Positions 1 to 10,164 of a stretch of DNA of 64,000 bases are shown piece after piece; the stretch's first letter is position 1, and each line of letters starts with the position of its first letter. Made by a program: the position numbers and the translations under genes. Where the stretch lies: sequence record MT366760.1; one strand, 5' to 3'. Under the pieces are notes generated by a model that saw only the letters and a list, made by a program, of their open reading frames with translations, searched no databases and was not told the DNA's origin.

Positions 1-1
1 A

Positions 2-721
2 GGTTCATCCAAACTAGGTAAGCTTGGTAAGATGGCGGGTAAGCTAGGTGGTAAAGCACTTAAAGTACTCGGACCTTTGGGTATGCTCGCCTCAGTTGGT
101 ATGGATGCTTTTTCTGGATGGGACGACGCTTCAGCTATCTCCGGTAAAGAACAAAAGGACTTATCATTCGGTGACAAAGCTCAAAGTTCATTAGCCTCCA
201 TTGCTTCCGGTCTTACTTTCGGTATGGTAGACCCCGAAACCATGTTTAAAGGGATGGACTTCTTTACCAACAATTCTATGTTTGGAACAGAAGACAAACC
301 CGCTACCATGAAGGAAGCAAACTTAGAAACTTCTAATGTGGTAATCAAAGCTGACTCACTAGAACCCATCGAACCCATCGCTGCTGTTGACCAAGGAATG
401 ATGACTCAATCAATGAGGACACCTAAAGCTAAAGCAACGATGACTTCGATAGAAACTCCTAGTACAGCTCCACCGATGTCCGCCAATCAAATTGAAACTG
501 AATCTAGGTCAGTACAACGACAGGCTAGCATGGCAGCAACTACCGCTCAGGTTACCGCTTCACAACAAGCGGGTAAAGAAGCAGCCCAAGCAACGAAAGA
601 AACACCACCTGTTATCATGCAGGGTGGTAAGAAAGACGATGGTGGCGCAGGACTGGTACGTGCTAAACCACAAGTTGACGACATTTCAATTGCGGTTATG
701 AATTCCGCCAATTATACATAG
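2..721 (+). CDS. 5'-truncated C-terminal part of a tape-measure / baseplate-hub (T4 gp29-like) protein
   Basis: Frame is open from position 2. Gly/Ala-rich amphipathic GKLGGKALKVLGPLGMLASVG segments, then a low-complexity tail, directly upstream of tube-initiator and baseplate genes. Confidence 0.55.
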   Translation, partial: GSSKLGKLGKMAGKLGGKALKVLGPLGMLASVGMDAFSGWDDASAISGKEQKDLSFGDKAQSSLASIASGLTFGMVDPETMFKGMDFFTNNSMFGTEDKPATMKEANLETSNVVIKADSLEPIEPIAAVDQGMMTQSMRTPKAKATMTSIETPSTAPPMSANQIETESRSVQRQASMAATTAQVTASQQAGKEAAQATKETPPVIMQGGKKDDGGAGLVRAKPQVDDISIAVMNSANYT

Positions 722-730
722 GGTAACATT

Positions 731-1366
731 ATGGCTGCATTCGACTTAGAATCCTTAAAGGAAGATCCCAACAAACAGGTGATACTAACAAACGGTAGTC
801 TAACCGTAACCGGATATCTCGAACAGGATTTTGAGGTAGGGGGATCTGCTGTGTACGACAATCCTTTCGAACAATTTTTGGATGATAAATCAGCTAAGCT
901 CCAACAGGCTGCTGCTATTGGTAATCAGTTTGGTATGACAGACATGAGTTCGTTTCAACTTAAATCTAGGTTGAACACAATATCATTGTGGACGGGTTCA
1001 GAAAGACCAACATTTAATATACCTTTCACACTTGTACGTAAGAGAGCAACTGACCAACCAGTAACAGCCGTTACAAGTCAGCTAACATCCTATCTATATC
1101 CAATAGCCGAAAGCGGATTAGAAGGTTTACTTTCCGCCCCAGGTGGTTACGCTACTGCCGAAGGTGGTAGTGCAACTGGTACGTGGACACTGAAGATTGG
1201 GCGTTGGTTCCGAGCAACAGGGTTAATACTACTTAACGCTAGTTTCACCCATAGCAAAGCTGTCACTACAGATGACTCCCCTCTTTACGCAACGGGAACT
1301 GTTTCAATGCAACCCTACCGTATGATTAGTGCATCTGAATTCCGTAACTACTTCCTAATCAAATAA
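731..1366 (+). CDS. Tail tube initiator / baseplate protein (T4 gp48/gp54-like)
   Basis: 211 aa, beta-rich, tube-fold-like C-terminus (F-T-H-S...P-L-Y-A-T-G-T-V-S-M); position in the baseplate module. Confidence 0.5.
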   Translation: MAAFDLESLKEDPNKQVILTNGSLTVTGYLEQDFEVGGSAVYDNPFEQFLDDKSAKLQQAAAIGNQFGMTDMSSFQLKSRLNTISLWTGSERPTFNIPFTLVRKRATDQPVTAVTSQLTSYLYPIAESGLEGLLSAPGGYATAEGGSATGTWTLKIGRWFRATGLILLNASFTHSKAVTTDDSPLYATGTVSMQPYRMISASEFRNYFLIK

Positions 1367-1378
1367 AGGGGTTATACT

Positions 1379-1762
1379 ATGGCTTTTGTAATCAATGCTT
1401 CACTTAAAACTGAAGAACGATATGCCTTTGAAAAGTTCATGGAGAAAATAACTTCATCGGATAACTCACAGACGTATGACCCTTTTACATCACTGTTTCT
1501 AGCTAGACTACTTAAACTAGAACCTAACGGTGAAAGGTACGTAGGCGCTGTAGCTGAACAACGACCAGACCTATTATCCTACGAGATTTATAGGGACAAC
1601 CAATATTGGTCATTGCTACTCTACTACAACAACATATCAGACTTCAGGACACTGACAAGTGAATTACGGATAAGACATTTCGCCCTGAACGATTTAGAAA
1701 ATTTGTACTTCCGACTTCAAGCACTTAAGAAGAGTGATGTACCTCAATCAGTAAGGTTGTAA
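1379..1762 (+). CDS. Baseplate wedge protein, gp53/LysM-like
   Basis: Motif RPDLLSYEIYRDNQYWSLLLYYNNISD is typical of gp53/tail-X proteins. Confidence 0.7.
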   Translation: MAFVINASLKTEERYAFEKFMEKITSSDNSQTYDPFTSLFLARLLKLEPNGERYVGAVAEQRPDLLSYEIYRDNQYWSLLLYYNNISDFRTLTSELRIRHFALNDLENLYFRLQALKKSDVPQSVRL

Positions 1763-1763
1763 C

Positions 1764-2918
1764 ATGATAGGAACTGAAGGTCAATGGTTGATGACTTTCT
1801 CAATTGGTGAAACACTAACTGATTTCATTAAAGGTGAAGACTTAACAGAATTCACACTGATTGAGAACGCGGGTGGTGGTCTACCAACATACGAATTAGT
1901 ATTTCAAACAAGTAACCCACTAGTTTTAGGTTACTTGAATGAGGGGCAAATAATCACAGTGTCCTATGGTAAGAATGCTAATGACTTGGTAGACTCATCA
2001 CTTAAGATATCCAAACCACAAATAAACAGATTGGGTGAGGGTGGCTTTATAGTGTCACTAGTTGGTTTTGAACAATCAACTGGTTACCTGTCATCCCCTA
2101 AATCTCAAATAACATCCGCTCAGAGCGGGTTAGCCACTATCATAGCTGTAGCGAATACCTACTTTGATGTTGAAGCTGACGTTACAACATCATCTGATTC
2201 AATGCGGTGGATACAGCCTTATCAACCAGACAGAACTTTCATAACTCAATGTTGGTTACATTCTGACTTAGGTGATGGTAACACACCGCTGATTGGTATC
2301 ACCAGTGAGGGTGCCTTTAGGGTTAGATCTTTGAAAGCTATGATTGCACAAGAACCTGTGCACATCTTTTCGTATGAAGGTGAAGGTGACAACATAGTAA
2401 TTGAAGGTGACTATAACATTACACTGTCAAATGGGTTATTAAACCAATTTGCAGGTTATGGTATGAAGCAAGACATCTACGATTTGAACGCGGGAACTAT
2501 ATCATCTGCTGAAACACAAGTTGAGCCTTTGATGGCATTCACTGATGTGCTTAACCGTGATACTACTATAGAACCCAAACGGTTACCAAACGGAGCTAAG
2601 AACGACAACGTTCACTCCCGCTACAATGAGGCTTACAACAACAACATTGCAATGCTTGCCACGTTCTCGACTACTAAAGTTCAACTAAACTTCACTAATG
2701 CTTTCAAGGGTGTGCGTGTTTTGGACTTGGTTATGTTTAAGGACGACGCTTTACGTGTTACATCCGACACAATGTCTTCACATAAGTCAACACAGGATTT
2801 CTACACAGGTTTATACGTTGTAAGCAAGGTAAGTCGCACTGTAAAGAACGGAACTTTAGCTACTTTCGTTGAGTTAGTACGTGAATCTCCTAGTGAAATG
2901 ACCGGAAATCTTAGATAA
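1764..2918 (+). CDS. Baseplate hub (T4 gp27 / GpD-like)
   Basis: 384 aa, located between the gp53-like and spike genes; C-terminal GLYVVSKVSRTVKNG-T-F-V-E-L-V-R motif is typical of hub proteins. Confidence 0.65.
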   Translation: MIGTEGQWLMTFSIGETLTDFIKGEDLTEFTLIENAGGGLPTYELVFQTSNPLVLGYLNEGQIITVSYGKNANDLVDSSLKISKPQINRLGEGGFIVSLVGFEQSTGYLSSPKSQITSAQSGLATIIAVANTYFDVEADVTTSSDSMRWIQPYQPDRTFITQCWLHSDLGDGNTPLIGITSEGAFRVRSLKAMIAQEPVHIFSYEGEGDNIVIEGDYNITLSNGLLNQFAGYGMKQDIYDLNAGTISSAETQVEPLMAFTDVLNRDTTIEPKRLPNGAKNDNVHSRYNEAYNNNIAMLATFSTTKVQLNFTNAFKGVRVLDLVMFKDDALRVTSDTMSSHKSTQDFYTGLYVVSKVSRTVKNGTLATFVELVRESPSEMTGNLR

Positions 2919-2934
2919 GTACGCTTATTAACCA

Positions 2935-2950
2935 CTAATTTAATGTAGTA
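2935..2950 (+). promoter_or_regulatory. Putative late promoter CTAATTTAATGTAGTA
   Basis: Matches CTAATTTTATGTAGTT at 41211 at 14/16 positions; intergenic, upstream of a structural-region gene. Confidence 0.5.
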
Positions 2951-2981
2951 TAGCACACAGCTAAATTACAGAGGTATTACT

Positions 2982-4031
2982 ATGAAAACAATGACAATCG
3001 GGACGTTGGTGGTACCTGCGAGTACTAAGGTCGTACACCAATCCGAGACTAAAACATCAAAAACTTTTGCGGGTACTTACGAAGAATACTTCGAATACAT
3101 GATGGAAAAGTGGGGTATCAAGAGCCCCGACGAACTACCCGATGCCAAAAAAGACGACTTCTTTGAAGCAGTTGATAAAGGGTGGAATTCTAAGAAAGAA
3201 AGTGGCGACGATGGTAAAGTTGAATCATCCGTATCCTTAGAAGAAGCAGCACTTATCGACAACTACAAAAAGGGTGACCGTGTTATCGTAAACATTAACA
3301 CGGCTAAAAATCCAGAATACTATGTGGCAACTGTAACCAAAAAATCTCCACAACAAAACTTAGTTTACGTATTGTTCGATGACGGAGAACGTTGGCAATA
3401 TAAAGCTACTAGCTCTCAAGTTGGTATCCTAGGTCATGCTTCTAAGAATAAGAAACGTGCAACCGCCATCAAACCCGCTAACTTGAATAAGTGGCTTAAG
3501 GGTCACCCTGATGCACCATCAACTAAGAAGGTTGTTGGTAAGGGAACTATCAAACGTGTAGACCCTAAAAAAGCAAAAGTAGGTAAGAACAAGAAAGCCC
3601 CCGTTGTACCTAATAAAAAGGTAAATACAAAACCACAACCACCTAAAACTCAAATTGAGAAAGACGGTGACAAGGTTAGTGTTAAACCCCAAAAACTTAA
3701 AAAATCTAAAGAGGGTGTTAAATTGACAGTTACAAAACCAAACCCTGATAAAGTTGAGGAATATAAAAAGACTTACCGCAGGTCGTATAAGACTCAACTA
3801 GAATTGCACATGTTGGGTAAATACAGTCCTCGCACTGATACTTCAAAGTTGCAGAAGAAACAGCAAGAACTCCAACAAAAATTGAATGTCCTAGAACGTG
3901 AATCAGGTGACCCCGCTGCATGTAACAAAGCACGTAAGAGTATCATCGTATACGAATCACCTAAGATCACTGAAAAACTAGAAGAGAAATACGCAACCGA
4001 AATCAAAAATTACACCCCAAGTTGGATGTAA
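2982..4031 (+). CDS. Lys-rich protein with a Tudor/SH3-like domain, possibly an internal virion protein
   Basis: N-terminal YEEYFEYMMEKWGIKSPDELPDAKKDDFFEAVDKGW helical motif; KKGDRVIV...YVLFDDGERW Tudor-like barrel; very basic C-terminal half. Confidence 0.4.
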   Translation: MKTMTIGTLVVPASTKVVHQSETKTSKTFAGTYEEYFEYMMEKWGIKSPDELPDAKKDDFFEAVDKGWNSKKESGDDGKVESSVSLEEAALIDNYKKGDRVIVNINTAKNPEYYVATVTKKSPQQNLVYVLFDDGERWQYKATSSQVGILGHASKNKKRATAIKPANLNKWLKGHPDAPSTKKVVGKGTIKRVDPKKAKVGKNKKAPVVPNKKVNTKPQPPKTQIEKDGDKVSVKPQKLKKSKEGVKLTVTKPNPDKVEEYKKTYRRSYKTQLELHMLGKYSPRTDTSKLQKKQQELQQKLNVLERESGDPAACNKARKSIIVYESPKITEKLEEKYATEIKNYTPSWM

Positions 4032-4120
4032 TACTTTTGAGGGATTGTGGCTCAAGGATGAGCTATTTTGGGGATTAGGAAATGTCCCCTTTTCTCTACT
4101 TATCTCTAAGGAGTTTACCA

Positions 4121-4921
4121 ATGCTTTTCTCAGCAGCAGAAATAATGCGACCACAGAGACTGTTCGACAAACCACTGAAAGGTATTGTAGTTGATAACGA
4201 AGACCCCTTAAAAATAGGACGAGTTAAATGTACAGTCCAACCATTCTTAGTCGGTGATACTGCTTCGCTACCTTGGATAATTCAGAAATCAGGAACTGGG
4301 TTAGGTGGTACTAGTGATGATAGTGCCTTTGCTGTTCCCGTAGTTGGTAGTGAGGTTTGTGTAGAATTCCCCTTTGGCATTTACATGCCCGTGTATAGTG
4401 GGTTCTGGCAAAGCCAAGCTACACACCAAACGCATTTCGACGAAGACTATCCTAACACTTATGGGTTTAAGGATGCAACTGGTACTTATTGGAGAATTAA
4501 TAAGACCAAGTTACACACTGAATTTCGACATGCCTCCGGTTCATACATCCAATTTGATAAGGACGGGAATGTCTTCGAACACACTGTCAAAGACCGCACT
4601 GAAACTATCGACGGTAACCGAACAGTAACAGTTAAAGGTAATGAAACCTACACCGTTGAAGGTAACCGCGTGGGTAACATACAGGGCACCGAAACATTTA
4701 CTTACGACCAAACACGAGACGTAACTGTAACACAGCTAGACTCACTAACTGCCCCCGCCGGTATTGTCATTGAAGGTGACACTGCTCAGGAAGGTAACTA
4801 CAGTGCTACGCTTGAAGTTTCCGATGGCGTTCGTAGTATGTCGGCAGACCGTCTCATCTACAATGGACACGTCCATATTCATGGTGTACCTACAACAACC
4901 CCACCAACATCTAAGCAATAG
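4121..4921 (+). CDS. Baseplate central spike (gp5/gpV/VgrG-like)
   Basis: OB-fold motif DPLKIGRVKC...VPVVGSEVCVEF, beta-helix repeats (ETIDGNRTVTVKGNETYTVEGN), C-terminal HVHIH metal-binding apex. Start moved to the ATG after AGGAG. Confidence 0.88.
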   Translation: MLFSAAEIMRPQRLFDKPLKGIVVDNEDPLKIGRVKCTVQPFLVGDTASLPWIIQKSGTGLGGTSDDSAFAVPVVGSEVCVEFPFGIYMPVYSGFWQSQATHQTHFDEDYPNTYGFKDATGTYWRINKTKLHTEFRHASGSYIQFDKDGNVFEHTVKDRTETIDGNRTVTVKGNETYTVEGNRVGNIQGTETFTYDQTRDVTVTQLDSLTAPAGIVIEGDTAQEGNYSATLEVSDGVRSMSADRLIYNGHVHIHGVPTTTPPTSKQ

Positions 4922-4930
4922 GACTACATT

Positions 4931-5659
4931 ATGACGTTACCTACTGTACCCCATGTACCTACGCTAACATCGAATCAGATAAGCGTTATTACCGAACTAG
5001 GTAACTCGGGTTCATTTTTGCCACCAGTCAACGGCAAGATATCCGAGACTAATGCAAAGATAGGTGAACTCCGCACTCTTCTTACCACCATAGAAAGTGC
5101 ACCCGTCGGTACTGATCTTAGACTAGACTCTGGTCAGATAACTACGATACGTGCTAACCTAGATAGCTTAGAATCCTCCGGAACAGCTACTCTAGATTTT
5201 CAAGCGTCACTCATCCCCGAGGGTGGTACAACACGCGACATCATGCAGACGATGACTACAGTCAACAGTGGCATGGTCATTGCCAATGAGGTTAACTCAT
5301 CGTTGAATGCGTGTACAACAACCGTATCCGCATTTGGTCCTTTGCTAGCTCAGGGCACTCAGCTTTTTGAAGAGGGTCGTTCTCAGGTAGATACATTAAT
5401 CACCGAGCTGAATAATTTAACTCTAACAACTCCGATTGATACAACTACCCTGAACACTATCAATAATGCAGTAACTTCAGCTACGTCATCCGTCACCTCT
5501 GGTGTATCCTCAGCAACGGCAGCGGTAGCTGAATCCATTGAAATGCTTCACAGGTATGCAGACACGATACTCCTAGATACACTATCTAAAGATCCTTGTA
5601 TGCAGACCGTAGTTGACCAATGTGCCTCAGCACAAGTGAAAACTTTATTGGGTCTCTGA
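4931..5659 (+). CDS. Hypothetical alpha-helical virion-associated protein
   Basis: 242-aa ORF with RBS, within the baseplate cluster. Confidence 0.5.
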   Translation: MTLPTVPHVPTLTSNQISVITELGNSGSFLPPVNGKISETNAKIGELRTLLTTIESAPVGTDLRLDSGQITTIRANLDSLESSGTATLDFQASLIPEGGTTRDIMQTMTTVNSGMVIANEVNSSLNACTTTVSAFGPLLAQGTQLFEEGRSQVDTLITELNNLTLTTPIDTTTLNTINNAVTSATSSVTSGVSSATAAVAESIEMLHRYADTILLDTLSKDPCMQTVVDQCASAQVKTLLGL

Positions 5660-5828
5660 CCCATTCACTGCAACGTAAATAAAAACACCTATAAGGCTAG
5701 TCTATGATATATAAACCTATTGGCACTAAAACCCGTGACACTCGTGATGCTATTCCAACACAGGGTCACTCAACAGCGACCCTTCGCTATAGCAATATAA
5801 GCGAGAGCCCCTAATGGGATAAATCACT

Positions 5829-6272
5829 ATGAACGAACATGAAAAAACACCGTCAGACCGTAACAGATTAATCGACATATCTAATCTAAAGTTTTCCACC
5901 ACGCAAGTCCTCGCTATTGTGCTCACCCTTTGCACGGCAGTATATTTCGTTGAGGACAGGTTTGCGAATAAAGCTGAAACTGATGCTGATATTGACGCCA
6001 TCAAACAGGCAGTTGTTAATCACATTGCTCAACAAACTAAGTTGAACCGTGAGATAATTGATACTGTCCAGTGGATGCAGTTTCGGCAGGACGCTATTGA
6101 AGGTATTAAGAATGGAGAATCTAGTGCCCCAAAAGCGAACGCCTCTCGGACAAACGCTAAGGCTTCAGAGCCTCCGGCGTTGGAACTTCCTGATGAATTA
6201 GCTTTACCTGAGAGGCTATTCATAGACAGCGCGGGGAATCCTATCATTAAACCTATTAGTTATCCGAATTAA
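5829..6272 (+). CDS. Hypothetical single-pass membrane protein with a coiled coil
   Basis: Hydrophobic QVLAIVLTLCTAVYFV segment followed by a heptad region. Confidence 0.5.
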   Translation: MNEHEKTPSDRNRLIDISNLKFSTTQVLAIVLTLCTAVYFVEDRFANKAETDADIDAIKQAVVNHIAQQTKLNREIIDTVQWMQFRQDAIEGIKNGESSAPKANASRTNAKASEPPALELPDELALPERLFIDSAGNPIIKPISYPN

Positions 6273-6344
6273 TGTGCTACCGTAAAGAAAAATGGAAGGC
6301 TTCCTTTGCGGTTGACCTTCCATTTTTCATTTGAGGACTTACCT

Positions 6345-6731
6345 ATGCCAGAGATTACAATATATAGTGATGTAAATGATAGACCTTTGGATTCTACCCA
6401 AAAAGTTGAAAATATACAATCAGTTTATCAAGCACTAGATCACTTATTCAACACAAAGAAAAAAGAAAGATTGTTCCGTGAAAATATTGGAATCGACTTA
6501 GAAGACTTGTTATTCGAACCAGTCGATGAGATAACTAGTGAAGCAATCTTTACTATTCTAATCGATGGTATTGCAGCATCAGAACCACGCGTATCCCTAA
6601 ACTTAGCAGCAACCAAAGTCATCCCTGATGCAACTAACCATCGTTATGACATTGAAGTAGTCTTCACTATTAAGGGTTTCGAAGACGAATTATCCTTTAA
6701 AGGTGAAATTCCGGCTGCTACTAAAAACTAA
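6345..6731 (+). CDS. Baseplate wedge / sheath initiator gp25-like
   Basis: YSDVN...VYQALDHLFNTKKKERLF...G-D-L-E-D-L-L-F-E-P...EPRV gp25 signature; start at the ATG after GAGG. Confidence 0.9.
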   Translation: MPEITIYSDVNDRPLDSTQKVENIQSVYQALDHLFNTKKKERLFRENIGIDLEDLLFEPVDEITSEAIFTILIDGIAASEPRVSLNLAATKVIPDATNHRYDIEVVFTIKGFEDELSFKGEIPAATKN

Positions 6732-6781
6732 GTCCTAGCTAATTACATACAATGATGATAACTAACGTATAGGAGCTTAAG

Positions 6782-8257
6782 ATGGCGGGAAATACATCTT
6801 CAACCATACTAGACCCCACCACAGTATCGAGGCTATCCATACAGCAACAGTTAGACACCTTTTTAGCAGGTACTGCTGATGCTGACAAATGGAAGGACTA
6901 CTTTGCGCTTGGTGCGGGTACGACAATTAAAGAACTACTAGCTGTTATTGGTGCATTCCTGAAGTACAACTCATTAACCGCACTTCGAGAAAACTCCATC
7001 TTAACCGCTAAACTTAAATCAGTAATCTATGGTATTGCCGACACTCTTGGTTACCCAATAAACCGAAGTTTAGCTCCCAGATTTAAATTGGGTATTAATG
7101 TAACAGTTGCAACTTACTGGGATAGAACAACACCTTTGGGTTACATCAACGGGCAAGCAATATCCCTAGAGACATCACAACTCATTCCAGTTGGTGCACA
7201 GACTCTTAATGTTGTACTAGGTAACTGGGTAACTAGCTCTAAGGTAGTTGACAACGGAGCAGACTTCGCATCCATTGACTTCGCACTAGCTGACATTGAC
7301 CTAGTAGATAATGAGTTACTGGAAGTGTACGTAAATAGTTCACCTGCTGCTAATTCTCGCAACGCTGAAGATATCTACACTGGTTCCCTTATAATAAAAA
7401 CTCTAATTGATTCCCTCTCACTATTAAGTGGTAACGCACTTATAGGTCGAAACATTGGTGTAGGTGATACCGTTGAGATACGTTACCTACAACTAGATGC
7501 TAATCAGTTAACCGATACATCGACCTATGTTGTTGGTAACGTAAACCTAGCTAACTCAGGGATGACTGCAACTACACTCGAAGTAGTCAGACCGTACGCA
7601 CAACCTGACTCACTTGATAAGATTGTGGCACTAGCTCCTGCTTATCATTCAACTGCAAGACGTATGGTTACTATCGCAGACCACATTGCTATCGTTAAAT
7701 CATATGTGGGTATGCGTGATGCTTCTTGGCACGGCGGTTTGTGTTCCGATGAAACGTATAGAACACAGGCAACATGTGAAGCAGCAGGTGAAACGTGGAC
7801 TAGTGGTAAAGTAGGTTGTTGTTTAGTTGGTATGTCTTACCTCTTTGAGGACGAACATCATTTTGGTTCCGACGAAGAAGTAACCATGCTTGACTACTTG
7901 GAAAACTATAGACTGCCTCCAGGTGGCATCTTATTCCGAGACCCCGAACCCGTACTTGTCCACCCTGAAATAACTATCGTCATCCAGACTGGTGCGGATA
8001 CTTCAGCTATTGAAACAAGTATTAAGAACTACATCGCAACCATAACCCATAAGTTATCAGGACGATTCATCGTAGGTGACCTTAGCAAGCACATAGACAC
8101 TATAAGCGGGGTGGTTCGTAAATACATACAGAAACCAACAGCAGACAACCAATTAGTATTCTACAAATACTTCAAACTCGGAAACCTTAGCCTAAACTTC
8201 GTTGATGAGACGTCTCTTAACTCACTAGGTGACGGTAGCGATTCTGGTTATAGTTAA
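6782..8257 (+). CDS. Baseplate wedge protein gp6 / baseplate-J-like
   Basis: ENSILTAKLKSVIYGIADTLGYPINR and APAYHSTARRMVTIADH motifs; follows gp25. Confidence 0.85.
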   Translation: MAGNTSSTILDPTTVSRLSIQQQLDTFLAGTADADKWKDYFALGAGTTIKELLAVIGAFLKYNSLTALRENSILTAKLKSVIYGIADTLGYPINRSLAPRFKLGINVTVATYWDRTTPLGYINGQAISLETSQLIPVGAQTLNVVLGNWVTSSKVVDNGADFASIDFALADIDLVDNELLEVYVNSSPAANSRNAEDIYTGSLIIKTLIDSLSLLSGNALIGRNIGVGDTVEIRYLQLDANQLTDTSTYVVGNVNLANSGMTATTLEVVRPYAQPDSLDKIVALAPAYHSTARRMVTIADHIAIVKSYVGMRDASWHGGLCSDETYRTQATCEAAGETWTSGKVGCCLVGMSYLFEDEHHFGSDEEVTMLDYLENYRLPPGGILFRDPEPVLVHPEITIVIQTGADTSAIETSIKNYIATITHKLSGRFIVGDLSKHIDTISGVVRKYIQKPTADNQLVFYKYFKLGNLSLNFVDETSLNSLGDGSDSGYS

Positions 8258-8259
8258 TA

Positions 8260-9480
8260 ATGGCTAACCATATTGACTTCAATTCGATAGACTTTCTACC
8301 CAAAGATTTACGGGATAGACCTCTATACGAAAAAATATGTAGCATGATTGACTATGTTACAGAGACTAACCACTATTCATCTATGGAAGAATTACTTGAC
8401 CACTACCAATTCGGACATACGAATTATAGTAGTCAAAAGATAATTAATGAATTAGGTGGTACAGAAATACAAACAGTGCTGAGGGATACGGGTGCACGTT
8501 TCGATGATACATCGCTCCCCCGATTCCTTAGCCTACTGTATTCCATTAAAGGTACAGCACCTGGCATCGTCGGTATTATGTCGCTACTAGGTCTACGAGT
8601 CACCATACTCGACCATTACCGTGTTTCTCGGGAGATAGCGCTTGGTACTGCGAATGGTCTTGAATGGGCAGCCGACCCCGACCTGAATGGTTTACAACCT
8701 TGTGAAATGTTACTTGATATTGAATCAACTGACTTCGATGCTATACAAGAAGGTGTCGAACAGAAGATTCAACAACTAGCTGAAGCATTCTTTTGGGTTT
8801 GTGGTAATCTAGTTGGTATCAAGGTTGGTCTACGCTTCATCAACACCGCAACAATTACTGAAACTCTTGAAGTTGATTTCGATGAAGACTTCTTCATGAC
8901 TTACGGTGTTGGTCACGGCAGCATACCTGTTAACAACCAGATTGGTACATTTACCATTGGTGCGTTCACTATATCTGGTAATACATTTACCAGTCCTCTC
9001 AACCACGTTGATGAAGGTTACTGGGACGAATTCGAAATGGATGATTCCTTCGAGTTGTCTACACGTTGTCCTATAGATGGCTACACTGAAACTGGTGCAG
9101 GTCCATTCTTGACCATCGGTGGTTTCACTATCGGTGACGGTTCACTCATTGAATACCCTGGGGTTTACCCTAACAGTGAGATGGATACAATAGAAATAGA
9201 GGTGGAAATAATGACTTCTGCTTCTAACACTGACGAATTTATTGTTGATGAAATAGAGGGTTCCGCTGAAGGTGTACAAACACAAGTCACTACGACTAGC
9301 GCACTAGAACTCGATTATGAATCAGATGATTCCTCAGCTTTCTATATTAACTCACCAGATCGCGGTATGGATCCTTTATTAATTGGTGACATGACCATCG
9401 GTGCTTCTATACTCGGCTTCAATGAAAGAAGTGTACTTGACGTAACTTCAGAAGCTGATGTTGAAGAAGACGACACATAA
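8260..9480 (+). CDS. Baseplate wedge protein gp7/gpI-like
   Basis: LLYSIKGTAPGIVGIMSLLG motif of P2 gpI / gp7-like proteins; follows gp6. Confidence 0.6.
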   Translation: MANHIDFNSIDFLPKDLRDRPLYEKICSMIDYVTETNHYSSMEELLDHYQFGHTNYSSQKIINELGGTEIQTVLRDTGARFDDTSLPRFLSLLYSIKGTAPGIVGIMSLLGLRVTILDHYRVSREIALGTANGLEWAADPDLNGLQPCEMLLDIESTDFDAIQEGVEQKIQQLAEAFFWVCGNLVGIKVGLRFINTATITETLEVDFDEDFFMTYGVGHGSIPVNNQIGTFTIGAFTISGNTFTSPLNHVDEGYWDEFEMDDSFELSTRCPIDGYTETGAGPFLTIGGFTIGDGSLIEYPGVYPNSEMDTIEIEVEIMTSASNTDEFIVDEIEGSAEGVQTQVTTTSALELDYESDDSSAFYINSPDRGMDPLLIGDMTIGASILGFNERSVLDVTSEADVEEDDT

Positions 9481-9505
9481 CACTTGGTGAATTCCTGAGT
9501 GTATA

Positions 9506-9515
9506 CTAATTTTAT
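9506..9515 (+). promoter_or_regulatory. Putative late promoter CTAATTTTAT
   Basis: Same core as at 2935 and 41211; intergenic, before a structural gene. Confidence 0.45.
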
Positions 9516-9553
9516 ACAAGTAATAAACATTAAATCTAATTAGGAGAACTAAC

Positions 9554-10117
9554 ATGGGACACGCTGTTAGTAGAGTTTCACCAAAGTCATCAGGTGGTAT
9601 GGAGCTTGGTGAAGACATTAAGAACTTCATTGAATTACGTGGTTCTGTAGAATGTATCGTAGAAGAGAATGGCATTGAATGGGTAGCTCACCACAAACCT
9701 AACTTAATCGTTAAGCTAGGTGCTAAAGCTTTAGCACACTTACTCGCTGAAGGTGACGCAACCTACGCTATCTCTAAATTCCGTATTGGTACTCAGGGTC
9801 ATAACGGCACTGACATTACATCACCAGTAGCACCTACCGTGGATGATACTGATCTTAACGATACAACCAACTTCTTTGAGAAAAACTTCGTTAAACCAGA
9901 CGACCTGACTTATTTACCTAGTACAGATGAAACACAAATTCAGTTCACTCTTGTAGTTGAGAAAACTGAGGGTAACCCAGGTTCCGGTAGTCGTGCCTAT
10001 ACTGAAGCAGGCTTGTATTCAGCGAATGGTAACTTATTCGCCCGTGAAACATTCCCCGCTGTGGTCAAAACCGACCAACGTAAGATTACTTTTCGGTGGA
10101 CGATTCTGTTCGACTAA
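9554..10117 (+). CDS. Baseplate / tail-fibre attachment protein (P2 gpH N-terminus-like)
   Basis: HKPNLIV...YTEAGLYSANGNLFARETFPAVVKT...FRWTILF motif. Confidence 0.7.
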   Translation: MGHAVSRVSPKSSGGMELGEDIKNFIELRGSVECIVEENGIEWVAHHKPNLIVKLGAKALAHLLAEGDATYAISKFRIGTQGHNGTDITSPVAPTVDDTDLNDTTNFFEKNFVKPDDLTYLPSTDETQIQFTLVVEKTEGNPGSGSRAYTEAGLYSANGNLFARETFPAVVKTDQRKITFRWTILFD

Positions 10118-10164
10118 ACACCACTAGTACATCTATTCTTATTAATTAATCGGAGTTCCATAAA

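Noticed and set aside
5760-5805. c-di-GMP (GEMM) riboswitch suggested by CACAGGG plus hairpins
   Set aside because: Lacks the GCAAA, GNRA tetraloop and receptor elements; kept only as a generic structured-leader finding.
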